DNA from: Sarea resinae
Taxonomy: Eukaryota
DNA: 64,000 bases
Assembly: GCA_026026165.1 (NCBI GenBank)
Contig: JAPEUD010000069.1
Coordinates: 1-64,000 of the forward strand
Direction: 5' to 3'
Part shown: in pieces, positions 1-11,318 of the stretch
How the letters are laid out: each line of letters begins with the position of its first letter
Position numbering within the stretch: position 1 is the first letter of the stretch
Translations under genes and position numbers: made by a program
Notes under the pieces: model-generated
What the model saw: the letters and a program-made list of their open reading frames with translations, nothing else
Told to the model about the DNA's origin: nothing
Databases searched by the model: none

Positions 1-2
1 AC

Positions 3-35
<33 letters not shown>
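3..35. repeat. poly-C homopolymer tract
   Basis: Uninterrupted run of C at the window start. Confidence 0.95.
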
Positions 36-667
36 TTCCCTCATCCCCCACTCTCACTCGCACCTGCCAAACAATACAGATGATACCTGATAGTAGTTCA
101 CCGACACCACAGCCTACCCCATAAACACTACCCCACCACACCCCACCACACCACACTACAGGCGAGCGTATTCGCAATCGGACGGGCCCATCAGTCAGTC
201 AGCCAGTCGGTCAGCCAGTCAGGAGAATGAGGTACCTGCGTCATGTCTTGAAGCGGTTGCAAGTAGGTAAGGTAAGGTAAAGTAAGGTAAGGGTAAGGGT
301 CGTCAGAACGGGCGATGCAACTCCCAAGGTTCCCGCCGCTCCCCTCCCCTACTACCTACCTACCTACTCACTGTGACTACGAATGATTGGATCCACGACT
401 AGACCCAGCTTGGGGGAAGGTGGAGGAGGCGAGAGGAGCTGGACGGCGCAAAAGAAAAAAAAAAGAAAAAAAGAAAAATGACAAGACCCGCGTCTTTTTT
501 TTTCTCTCTCTCTCTCTCGAATACATTACTAAACATCCCAGACAAAGAAACGCGCCTCTGTCGTCTCGGTCGTCTCCCTTCTTGGAAGAAATCCTCTCGT
601 ATAGTGGCGCCGATACCGATACCGATACCGATACCAGCACTAACATAAACGTATTGAGGAAGGAGCG

Positions 668-883
668 ATGGGGATGATGGGGACGGCCGCCCGGTCTAAC
701 GATAGGGATACCGATAACGATCCCGGTGGGGTGGATGGAGGTGATGGTGGACGTGGGCGTGGATGTGGATATGTGGACGATGGGGCTGTGGTTGTGTCAG
801 AGCGGTCGGAGCTGTCAGAGTTGGGAGCGTTGTGGGTTGTACTCAAGGGTGGGGGAAGGGAGCTAGAGGAGAACAATGAGGGA

Positions 884-917
<34 letters not shown>

Positions 918-1975
918 AGAAGCAGGAGGAAGAGAAAGAGATAAAGGCGGATAGAGCCGATGAGGGTGAGAGTTCTGAGAACAGGAATGACGCCTCGAAA
1001 GAGCTCAACATGGCAGCAGACCCAAAGTCAACACAAGCACCAGCAACAGCACCAGCACCAACAACGATACCGAAAAGGGCTCTCAGGAGATACATCTCAC
1101 GACTCCCCATCCCCATCGCCATCCCTTCCCCCATGCGGTCGAGAGCGATTAAGCTCCCGCTTACCTCTTCCACTACCTCCTCCTATTCCTCCCCTTCCTC
1201 TAGGCAGAAACAAAAGCAGAGGCAGAGGCATACGCCAGACTCCCCCCCCTGGTACTCGCCCACAAAGTCAAGGGGCAGGATCCCCGAATCTTCGAATCGC
1301 CCTCCGCGGCACACATCTGAACATTCCTCTTTCTCTCCCTCTCCCTCTTCCTCTTCCTCTTCGTCTCCAACAACCGATTCCTCTCCCTCGCGCATCCCAC
1401 TTCTCTCACGCGTCCGTTCTCTGACCCCCGTCCTACCGCCCAAGAAAAATCCCTATCTCTCACGGCTCCCGCTCCCGCTTCCGCTTTCGCTCCCGCGCCG
1501 CCTACCTAGAGGTAGCAACCACAACCCCTCAAATATCGGTCTCAAAGCCAGCATGCCCTGCTCGCGCGACTATCTCTCAAAACTAGCCCAGTCAAGAGCA
1601 GGAGCGGACGCGGACACGAGTTTCGGGTTTCGGACCATGCCGAACGCCAGGTTCAGACGAGTCGGGATCAGCGCCGTCAGGGACGGGGACGGGGACGGGG
1701 TCGGGGTCGTGCGTACACCGCCGGGGACACCGTATACGCCGTCTACGTCGCCGGAAGGTTCGCGAGTAGATAGCGCTGGTGGTGGATGTAAGCGTGATGT
1801 TAGTATTGGTGGTGGTGGTGGTGGTGTAATGGCTCCTCCTCGCACGCATCGACCGCGTCCGGTACCTGGTATGTCATGCGAGATGCCATTGCAATGGTGT
1901 AGGAGAGGGTCGTGGTGGCGCGGTGAGTCGGCTGCAGAGATAGCCGCGTGGGTGCGGGGCGTGATGGCCGAATGA
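668..1975 (+). CDS. Hypothetical low-complexity protein (Glu/Gln-, Ser/Pro/Arg-rich); may be a spurious ORF
   Basis: 435-codon ATG-started ORF with no recognisable domain. Only the C-terminus (CEMPLQWCRRGSWW...EIAAWVRGVM) looks structured. It lies in microsatellite-rich DNA. Confidence 0.4.
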
Positions 1976-2843
1976 ACGAATGGATGGGTGGTGGTGGTGG
2001 TGGTGGTCGTCGTCGTCGTTGTCGTCGTCCTAATGCGGGATCATCTTTGGTTTGCTCTTAAGTGCTAAGTGTTCAGCTGGAGGTCGAGACGGGGCTGGAC
2101 TCGGCTCGACTCGTGGGGGGTGGTAGGATGCCGGTCGGGGCTTTTGCTGGTGCTGGTGCTGGAGAGAGAGGGTCAGAGAGAGAAAGAGAGAGAGAGAGAG
2201 CTAAAAGCTCCTGATCAGCTCTCCTAATCAACTCTCCTGCTCTCACACCCATATATCACCTATTACCTCGTCATTCTTGCGCACGGGCAGATTTCAAAGG
2301 GCGAGACAAGGCAAGGCAAGTCAAAATAGGTCAAGACAAGGCAAGGCAATAAAAAAGAGGAAATCAGACTAGAAAATCAGACAGCATGTCTTTTCTTTTC
2401 GTTTTCCCACTACCTACGCTTTCGTCTGCTGTAATAGAGAGAGGGTGAGAGAGAGAGCCAGAAAGGAAGTTTGGGCACAAGGATGTTCTAGATGGGTTTA
2501 TACTGTTTTCCTAGACAAAGGGCTTTTTCTATTCGACGGCTGGGATAACTGCTTTTCATTGCTCGTCATGAATGTCGTGAGATGGCAGTGCTCGTGACTG
2601 TCGTGAAAAGAAAAGATAAGAAGAAGAGAAAAGGTTGGGATATATCTTGCTGGGTTCGTTGTCTGTGCCGTGTCATCATGAGATCGTGTCATCGTTGTTC
2701 ATCCTGCTATGCATCCATCATCCGTCGTCCGTTATTCATCAGATCATCTAACATCCACATCCACATCCATCATCCATCCATCATCCACATCCACACCAAG
2801 CACCCACACCAGACTCGTCGACCACCCCATCATAACCCACACC

Positions 2844-5800
2844 CTAGAAAAACCCACGCGGCGGCGGCCCAACAGCACCTCCACTTCCACTTCTACCTCT
2901 CAGTCCACGTAGCGGTTCCTCAGGAAGCAGCGTGTTCAAAAACTCAGCCGCACCCTTCTTCTCTTTATCCTCCTGCTGTAGCTGCTCCTCTTCCTCACGC
3001 GGCAAGGCCCTAGGGAAGCAGACACCACGACGACGGTGCACGTCCTTGATGCTCACTTTGGCGTTCTCGAAAAGCACTTGCTGGAAGATCTTTGCTTTTT
3101 CCGCGCGCGGAAGGCGGGTCCTGGCTAAGAGTTCGGGCGGGTTTGAGTCGTATTCACGGTGGTGGGTGAATGATGAGGGCGCGTGTGTTGCGCGTGGAGG
3201 ACGAGTCGGGCTCGCGTTGGCGCTGTTGGCGGGATTGGCTGGCTGAGCACGTTCCGAGAAGGGTGAGATATTGCGGATCGAGAAAGGCGAGAGATCATGG
3301 GCCGCGCAAGGCGAAGAGGTAGCTGAAGAGGGTGGCGGCGGCGGCAGCGGAACACCAGCTGGGCTCGGGGTACGGGAGATTGATGAAGCTTCGTCGTCGC
3401 CATCGTGGTCGGTATCGGACGTGTAGAAAGGGGTGAGGCGCTCATCAGTGGCACTCGTACCCTTGCCGCTGCCCTTGCTGCCAGCCATGGTATTATGATC
3501 GCTGCCAAGACACTCTTCTGCAGCGTTGGCCTGGTCCTCACAAGGAACAGACTGCTTGATGAGGTGGTGGTCGGTGATGGTTCGGCTACTACGAGTGCTC
3601 AAGTGCTTAGTGACAGTATTGCCAGTGTCGTCGTCAGGTGAAGACTCCTCATTGGCCTTGAATGGATTATTCACTGCTCGGCCAGTGCGGACGTAGTTGG
3701 TATAGTACTCGGCGACCCAAGCCTCGCTGTCCCCGTCGTACTCGTAATCAGTGTCGGCTGCGCCATCAATGGCAAAAGAATAATGAACCATTGGCCGCTC
3801 ATTGACTGAACCATTCTCAACGCCTGGGATGGAGCTGCGTCCATAATTAGTGATGATATAGGGACCGTCGACTGTGATAGAGCTTTCTTCGCCATCACTA
3901 TCGGCTGTGTCATCTTCAACCACATTATCACCTGCGCAGTCGATTTGATAGTGCTGATAATTGCAACCACCGGCATTGTCTTCAGGTTTTGTGATCAGCA
4001 ATTCCTCAGTGGAACTTCCAAACTCCGCCGTAGAACTCCCGGACTCGATAAAGGAGCTTTCGTAGCGGCCGCTTCCACCATAACCGCTGTCGGTGGAGAA
4101 GTAAATCTCTAGGCCGTTGCAATTATTAGCAGAAGCAACGGTCTCCTCGGTGGCATTTCCATTGCCATTCATAAAGTAGTACCCTTCATCCGCCTCTCTG
4201 TCGCCAAAGGCCTCATTATGAGTTCCAGCCTCTGGCTCGGCCATGCCGTGGGGGTCGCAAGTAATGTCGTTCTCGGAGACGACCGACATTTCCTCTGCAT
4301 CGCCATCTCTGTCGGCAGGCCCATGGCCGAAGCATATTAGACAATTGCAATCAGTGCGATTGTTCCCATCACCCCAGTCGAAACTGCCGAAAGTATAACT
4401 CCCGTAGTCGAGATCGCAAACACCGTCAACGCCAAATCCCCTGTCGTCTTCGACGGCTTCCGACGGACGATTCGGGATGATGGCCGTCCCAGAGCCTGGA
4501 GACCCCAAGAGGCCACGGCTCTGGCCCACATCACTTGGACCAGTGTTCTCGCTGTGAGGAGCCATTTGAGTTGGCGTCCGAATCCGCTGTGAATCCCCGT
4601 CAATGCCGGAGGTATCACCCCTGGCTTGAGCAGAGCTAGGCGATGAATCCTGTAACGATGAGCGAGAGGGAGAGTGAGAGGGGGACGGAGACGGAGAGGG
4701 ACCCGGAGATGGAGACGGAGACGGACCCGCAGCCGGAGCTGGATTAAGGGAATGAGACCTAGAGGGAGTGGGGGAGTGGGAGTGGGAATTAAAGGGAATA
4801 GGAGGTGGAGAGCGAGTAGGAGAGGGAGATGGCTGTGCCGCCGAAGAAGTTGCCTGCTGCACCAAAAGCAGCGGTCGTGGTGATCTGTTGTCCGAGGGCG
4901 TTGCCGGAGATCTAGGAGGCTGTAAGGAAGACCTGCGTTGAGGGTGAGGCCCCCGCGCCACGAGCCTCAAGTTTTGAGCGAAGAAGCCAATCGAGTGATG
5001 CCTATCCAATCGAACGCGTGATGGGCTATTTGTGCTGCTCGGTTGCAGGGTTCTCCTCCTTCTGAGTGAATCGGCATTCACGGCAGGTGGGTCGCGTACC
5101 ACGATGCCTTCTGGTATGTCGTCGATCGTAAGTGAATGCGGAGTACTTTCGAGTCCAGACGGGTCATTGATGGTAAGTGAAGGTGGAGTACTTCCAGGTT
5201 GAATCGTGTCGGGTCCAAACACATCATCCAGATGAGCAATACCCAGACCAGTGGCAAAGTCGGTTGAAACCGGCGAGGTGAAGGAGTCGTTCATGTTATC
5301 CATAGTGTCAATCTTACGGTTCAGCCCCTCGATGACTTCGTTCAGCTCCACTCTCTCTCTGTCGTTCGCTGCCAATTTTGTGCGCAGCTTCTCGTTTTCC
5401 TTCTTCAGGTCCTTGGTCTCCTCGAGGTTGAGTTGGACCTGGATCTCGAGGCCTTCAATCTTCGTCAGGAGGTCGTCAACAGGTATGTTTGGCGTGGCCG
5501 GACTAGGCTTGCTTGGGGTGACCGGACTCGACCTGCTTGGGGTGACCGGACTGAGTTTGCTTGGCGTGACTGGACTCGGTTTGCTTGGTGTGACCGGGCT
5601 GGGTACCTGCAGGCTGTTGCTGCTCCTAAAAGACCATGGACTACCACGAGCGACTGGTGAGGGACTGCCAAGAGAAGGTGACAACTTCCCAGCGAGCTTT
5701 GAAAGAGGTTCTTTGATCTTCGAGAACAATCGGCGTCTTCTGGATGCAGTAGGGGAGTCGGCATCAGCGATCGGCGAGGCCGTAAGCTCATCCTTCGGCG

Positions 5801-7650
5801 TCCCTCTGGTGTCGACCATGAGATCAGAGTGCTCCGTGTAGATCCTTAGAATCGGTCTACGGGATTCGAGTTCCCCAAGGCGATCCTTTAGTTGGCGAAT
5901 CTCATTGTCCTTTGCGTAGCTCGACGAGTTCAAATGGAAGAGATCGCCCTCTTGTAATCCAATGAACTCGTGGAGGCCTTCGATCTCCGTTGCACATATC
6001 GCGAGCTTCTGATTCTGGGAGTCGTAGCTGTCGATAAACCGAGGCAGTATTTCTACAGCTGATCTAGTGATCATAGCCCCACAACTTCGCGGTCGTCTGA
6101 GTCGTTCGTCTGTGGGAACTGGGTTGATATTCTCAAGAGGGGTGATGTCTCTAACACCCCTATCGGCTCTAATGACGACTTCCCCTTCTGAGACGACTTT
6201 CCCTTCTGAGATACATTAGTTCTCGCCCTGGTGATCAAGTGGGTTCTCAATTACCATATCCGATCGCCTCTTTGGGTGTTTCTTCGGCTGTCTCTTCCAC
6301 TATAAATGTTAGAAGTCGTGGACGCTACTGGGAGATATGCAACATACCTGACTCAACGGATAACTCGTCTTCCTCCATAATATCCTCAAGCCCTATAAAT
6401 GTTAACAACCATCGTAGCATCAAGGACAGCATCACCTACCAAATCCAGCTTCCCTGTTCAGTTCTATCCTCTCTTCTGTGTTCTTGTCCTTCTGGTAAAG
6501 CCTCTCGGAGAAATCAATGTTTCTTCGTCGTGCCGACTCACTGTCAGGACTTTCTCCCAGGCTCTCAATGATCTCCTGTGACCTGATGTCATATTGCTCC
6601 TGGATACGAAGGATCTCCTTGTTCTTCTCCTCGGCTATGAGCTCCAGCTCGATCTTGTGGGCCCTTTGTAAACTTTCATAGCTTTGACGAGACTCCTCTC
6701 GCATTTCCTGCAATTGAGTATTCGCCGTCCTCGCTCGAAATTCGAGCCATCGGTTCTGGGTCTCGAGGGAAGAGATCCGACGTTCGTAGACCCTTGCCAT
6801 CTGTTGGGACTGTAAACATACGTGAGCGGAACGAAATCGAGAGATTCGGGTTCTAGCATGATAGTACTAGCCGCGGAGAGCCGTGAACTGTACTCGATGC
6901 AATCTCTAAGCTAAACAGAAAGATGGCTTCTCAACTTACCTCATTGGCATAGACTTGTGCATCTGCTTCAACGTTCAGAGCCCACCAGCTGTTGCCTTGC
7001 GGCCACTCACTATCTGAAGACATCGGCTGCGCGGAGGGGTCGCCGTTATCGGGAGGCATGGGTGGCATTGGAACGTAAGTGATAGAACACCCCGGGTAGC
7101 AGGAATGAGGATGGTTATGAGGGTCGTCTTTCGATGATGAGGGAGATGAGGTTGATATCAGAGGAGATGGGAATGGTGGAAGTTCTTCAGTTGTGGGTGA
7201 TGATTCTTCCGGGGGGTGTCCTTGGTTGACTTGAAGAAGCGAGCCTGGCAGCTCGACAGGATCTGAGTGAAAGGAACGCTGATGAGACTGAGCCAAGTGA
7301 CCTGTTCGCAAGTACGTGCTTCGTGCGGAACAGTCAGCGGCGGAATACGGCGGAAGGATGACATCGTCAAAGTCCGTGATAGTTCCGTTGAGTTCCAGAG
7401 CAATTTCCGTCGTCTCCAGCTCGCAGGCCGACTTCCCCCACGTCGAGTAGTCGAAGAGATCTGACGCCCTGTTCGATAGCGGTCGTAGAGGAAGGGGCTT
7501 CTGCTTCGTTTTCTCGCACCCCCTGACCGCATCCATATGTGAAGGGCCATTGTCTTTCTCGGGCCCAAAGATCGATACCAGGCCGCCGACTCTATAATCT
7601 TCACTATTTGATCGTCCATGCTTTGCCCATATGAGAAGGTTGTGCCTCAT
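2844..7650 (-). CDS. Hypothetical ~1507-aa coiled-coil / Ser-Pro-rich protein; 5 exons (7650-6940, 6800-6440, 6392-6348, 6299-6255, 6205-2844)
   Basis: Three track ORFs join in frame via canonical introns (donors GTAAGT, GTAGGT, GTATGT, GTAATT; YAG acceptors). Summed exon length is 4524 nt, a multiple of 3. Heptad-like segments are present (LETQNRWLE...; IEGLEIQVQLNLEETKDLKKENEKLR). The start codon is uncertain. Confidence 0.7.
5491..5604 (-). repeat. 24-bp coding tandem repeat (~4.7 copies) encoding SPVTPSKP-like octapeptides
   Basis: Units ggNgtg(a/g)c(c/t)ggact..tgctt start at 5491, 5515, 5539, 5563 and 5587. Confidence 0.9.
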
Positions 7651-8241
7651 TGCAGACGGGAGCTGTCACGGGGAAAGAGATGGGACGAAAGGTCAGAAAG
7701 CATGGATCTCTGAAAGCATGAAGACGAGCATAGTTTTGAGCACACAAAGTCAAACAGCATGGCTATTAAGAGAGGAAAAGGCGACAAGGTAAGATACATA
7801 TCCGAACAGCTGGACGAGGCTCCCGTCCCAGCTCCATAATTGAGCCTTATGCAGGGAGAGTGTTTGAGAGAGGCACCGTCAACCCAAGAGAACAGTTGAA
7901 ACAAAAGCCATAGACGCCTGGGAGGAGAGCCATTGCAAGGACACGAGCAGATCGACGTGGCCAGAGCCGGCAGATAGAGAAGTGGGTGGTGTGCTGTCCA
8001 GTCGGGCGAATTGTTTTTCTTAGGAGCGTCTAGGAGCTCTCGACGGAGTTAGCGCGGGCGGTAAAGATCCTTGCCAAAAGTTCCCTGTGTCGTCGAGCTC
8101 AATCTGCCACTACATACCGACATCAACATCAGACTTTCACTGCCTGCCCATCCGTTGCTGCGCCTCTCCACCGCAGGAATCAAGTTCCAGATTTTTGTGG
8201 AGGCCGTAGCGAAGCCTGCCGTCAAGCATTGGGCAATCAAC

Positions 8242-9345
8242 ATGCCTCCCTACGACTCCGACGGCGGTCGAAAGCGACGCCGCAGCCAATCTGCCTCGGG
8301 GTCTGATGTAGAGGCTCGCGTTCCAGCTCGGCGAGGCCTTCACGAGGATGATTCACATCGACGGTATCGACGCGAGGAGTTGGAAGAGAGTTACAGGGAT
8401 GCTCGAAGTAGCAGACGTCACGAGGATCGATATCGCAGCCGTTCCTACGATGAATACGAAGAGCCGCGCAGTAAACGCCCCTACATCGAAGAAGACGAGA
8501 GACCAAGAAGCAAGCGCATCCACGACGAAGACGAGCCCAAGCACCGAAGACGACGCTCCCCCTCTCACAGCGCACACCACCACCCCAAACGACACCTCTC
8601 CCGCAGTCCCGGTCGGGCAGAAAAAGAAGGAGAAGAAGGGGAAGAAAGACTCCGTCGCCACCATCACCATCACCACCACAGCAAAAGACGCCACTCGCGC
8701 TCACGCTCACCCACCCGCCGTCATTCATCGCGCCCGAAATCTAAATCTCCCCCTGTCCCACGCTCCCGAGCCCCTCTCCCCAGCCAAGCCGACGCTTTCA
8801 ATCCCAAAGATCCCTCCAGCACATCCGACGAGCCGCCCGCGCCCGAGAAGCAAAAGCCCAATTTCGCGCCTACGGGTCTACTGGCGCGCGAAACCAACAC
8901 CGTCACTGTGGCCGGCACCTCCGTCGTGCTGAAATACAACGAGCCGCCCGAGGCACGCAAACCCCCCGCGCGGGATGCCTGGCGGTTGTACGTCTTCAAG
9001 GGCGAAGACATGCTTGAGACACTCGAGCTGGGGACGCGAAGTTGCTGGCTCGTGGGGCGAGAGCGCAGCGTGGCAGACCTGCCGGTCGAACATCCGAGTT
9101 GTAGCGGCCAGCACGCAGTCTTTCAATTTCGTTTTGTGAGTCGGGTCAATGGGTTTGGGGACCGGGAGGGAAAGGTCAGGCCGTATATCATTGATTTGGA
9201 GTCGTCGAATGGCACGCTGGTCAATGGGGAGAAGATCCCGCCCAGTAGATATTTTGAGTTGAAGGATAAGGACATGGTGCAGTTCGGGCTCAGCACTCGG
9301 GAATACGTGCTCATGTTGCCGCCTCCTCCTGCCGCTACTTCCTAG
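8242..9345 (+). CDS. PML1: FHA-domain splicing factor, Pml1/SNIP1 family (RES complex)
   Basis: RS/His-rich N-terminus followed by KPNFAPTGLLARETN, LKYNEPPEARKP, WRLYVFKG, GRE, HPSCSGQHAVFQFR, PYIIDLESSNGT and FGLSTREYVLM. First ATG is at 8242. Confidence 0.92.
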   Translation: MPPYDSDGGRKRRRSQSASGSDVEARVPARRGLHEDDSHRRYRREELEESYRDARSSRRHEDRYRSRSYDEYEEPRSKRPYIEEDERPRSKRIHDEDEPKHRRRRSPSHSAHHHPKRHLSRSPGRAEKEGEEGEERLRRHHHHHHHSKRRHSRSRSPTRRHSSRPKSKSPPVPRSRAPLPSQADAFNPKDPSSTSDEPPAPEKQKPNFAPTGLLARETNTVTVAGTSVVLKYNEPPEARKPPARDAWRLYVFKGEDMLETLELGTRSCWLVGRERSVADLPVEHPSCSGQHAVFQFRFVSRVNGFGDREGKVRPYIIDLESSNGTLVNGEKIPPSRYFELKDKDMVQFGLSTREYVLMLPPPPAATS

Positions 9346-9593
9346 CTGGGCTACATGGGTGGGCAGCTTCTGGTCTCACGATCATCTTCAATAGTGAAAT
9401 TGTGAGAGAGCATAACGGACCCGAATTCGATTTCAAATTCAGAATAAAGCCATCCAGACTGATCGGTGCAGTGCTCATCTCATATCATCATGCTAATGTT
9501 ACAAATGGATCCATTTTCGTGTCCTTTCAATGCATCTCCCAACAGTCCTCCACGTGTCCTCAGTCACGCTATCCATCACCATCAAAGAGCCAT

Positions 9594-10084
9594 CTACATC
9601 TTTCCCTTGACCTCCTCGGCCTTGCCCTTGGCCTCTCCCTTCAACTCGGAAGCTTTGCCCTTGGCCTCACCGGCAAGCTCGCTGGCCTTCCCGGAGGCCT
9701 TGTCGCTGTTGATACCGGCGGTTTGCTTGACCTTGCCGGTCACTTCCTCTAATTGCGGGCACATCTGTCAGTCGTACTCTCTTTGCATCAACCGGATAGG
9801 TGGAGATGAAGGGACAATGGTTTGAAAGTGACATCGGTAGGGGCAGTTGGGCAGGCGGGGAGACAAGATGTCAAAAAAAGCAAAGAATGGAGAGACGTAC
9901 CGCCCTTCTCGATGCCCTTGACAGCGGCATCCGACACGGTGCGGTCCGCGGCCTTCAGCGTATCCTTTGCCGCATCGACCGCGCTCTTCTGGGCCCGGAG
10001 AGAAGTGGAGAAAGCAGCGGTGCTGCGAGGAACGGTGGCGCGGAGGGTGGTGGTGCGGAGAGCAGTAGCACGGAAGAAAGACAT
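9594..10084 (-). CDS. Small LEA-like protein with probable mitochondrial presequence; 2 exons (10084-9901, 9748-9594)
   Basis: Arg/Thr/Ala-rich N-terminus ending AAFSTSLRAQKS, then KDTLKAADRTVSDAAVKGIEKG. The GTACGT..CTGAC..TAG intron leads to 11-mer repeats ASGKASELAGE / AKGKASELKGE / AKGKAEEVKGK. Confidence 0.85.
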
Positions 10085-11318
10085 GATTGCTTTTTTAGGA
10101 TGGACTGATCTGTTCGATTGAGTGATTCTTTTGTCGAGATTCGAGTAGGGAATTTGGATTCAAAATGGATGAGGTAGATGGCAATGGGTAGAAGGGAAGG
10201 GAAGCAGAAGTGGAAGCTTCAATTGGCGTCCATTTGTATCCAGTCACGACCCCCGGTGTCATTTGATGTCAATACGTCATTTACTGTCATCCCTCTGTAC
10301 TGTACCTCAGGGCAGCTACCTCACCTGCCTCACCGACCGAGTACCCACCGTAAGGGCAAAACGCCTCAAGACTTCTTCCTACCTCTCTCGCACCTAATGG
10401 AATTCTCCCCAGTGACCGGAAGTCGTAGCCACCTCAGCCAGCCGGGCAGCTGCAAGCGAGCGAGCGAGCGCGCGTCATGTCGACGATTCCTACCTCAAGG
10501 TAGGTAGCTCGTACCACGATGCTAGTAACCAACTTTCCCATCCCGCATTCCTCGATTTCGTCATGCGATTCGCGAAACGCGATCCGGACTTTGCTGTCGA
10601 CGGAGTACGCGAGGAGGGCAGGGCAAGGCAACGCGAGCTCGAGACCCCAGACGGATCGACATCCAACTAGCAAGTCGCAGCTAAGAATAGAAGTAGCCTT
10701 CGCGCACAGTAGCAGGGAATAGCATCAATGTCAAGGAATTATCATTTCCGGCCGATGAGAGAGATCACGCATTATGCTTCAGGGGGCTTTTATATCGACC
10801 CAGAAGTGTCAGGGCAGTACTCCCGACCTATTTCGCGCCGGAGGATTCAATCTCAGACACAATGCTGTCCGATGCCATGCCATGCCAGACCATACCATAT
10901 TCTACCATACCATGCACGAAGACCGCCAAGACCGAAAGTTGAAGAGATCACCGAAGGAAAAGAAAACAAAGGTAAAGTTCAGCCAACCGAGACATGATCG
11001 AAAAACAGGAGACAATTACATACAAGGTATATATAAAGAGAACTCCACTATCGAGAAAAGGACCCGTAGCAAATGCCAACACGCCGCCCATGCTAAGAAT
11101 GCCATATATATGATGATCGTATGCGTGTGTGACAAAAGAGAAAACACCGCTATTGCGCCTGCCTGCGATGCATAGATAACCTCCTCCTCGCTATTCGAAT
11201 CAAAATGCGATTCATTTCTTTTCTCGTGCCTACAATGCCGTCTATTTCTCCGTCGAAAGGATTGTCGGAAATGCCGTGATGACAAAGACAGCGAACTTCC
11301 TCGTCAAAGGAAAAGCCC

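Noticed and set aside
8071..8241. In-frame upstream extensions from non-ATG starts (SNIP1 ORF from 8071, hydratase from 19089, Spt7 from 46127)
   Set aside because: These are ORF-finder alternative starts. Downstream ATGs give family-typical N-termini and the extensions look non-coding.
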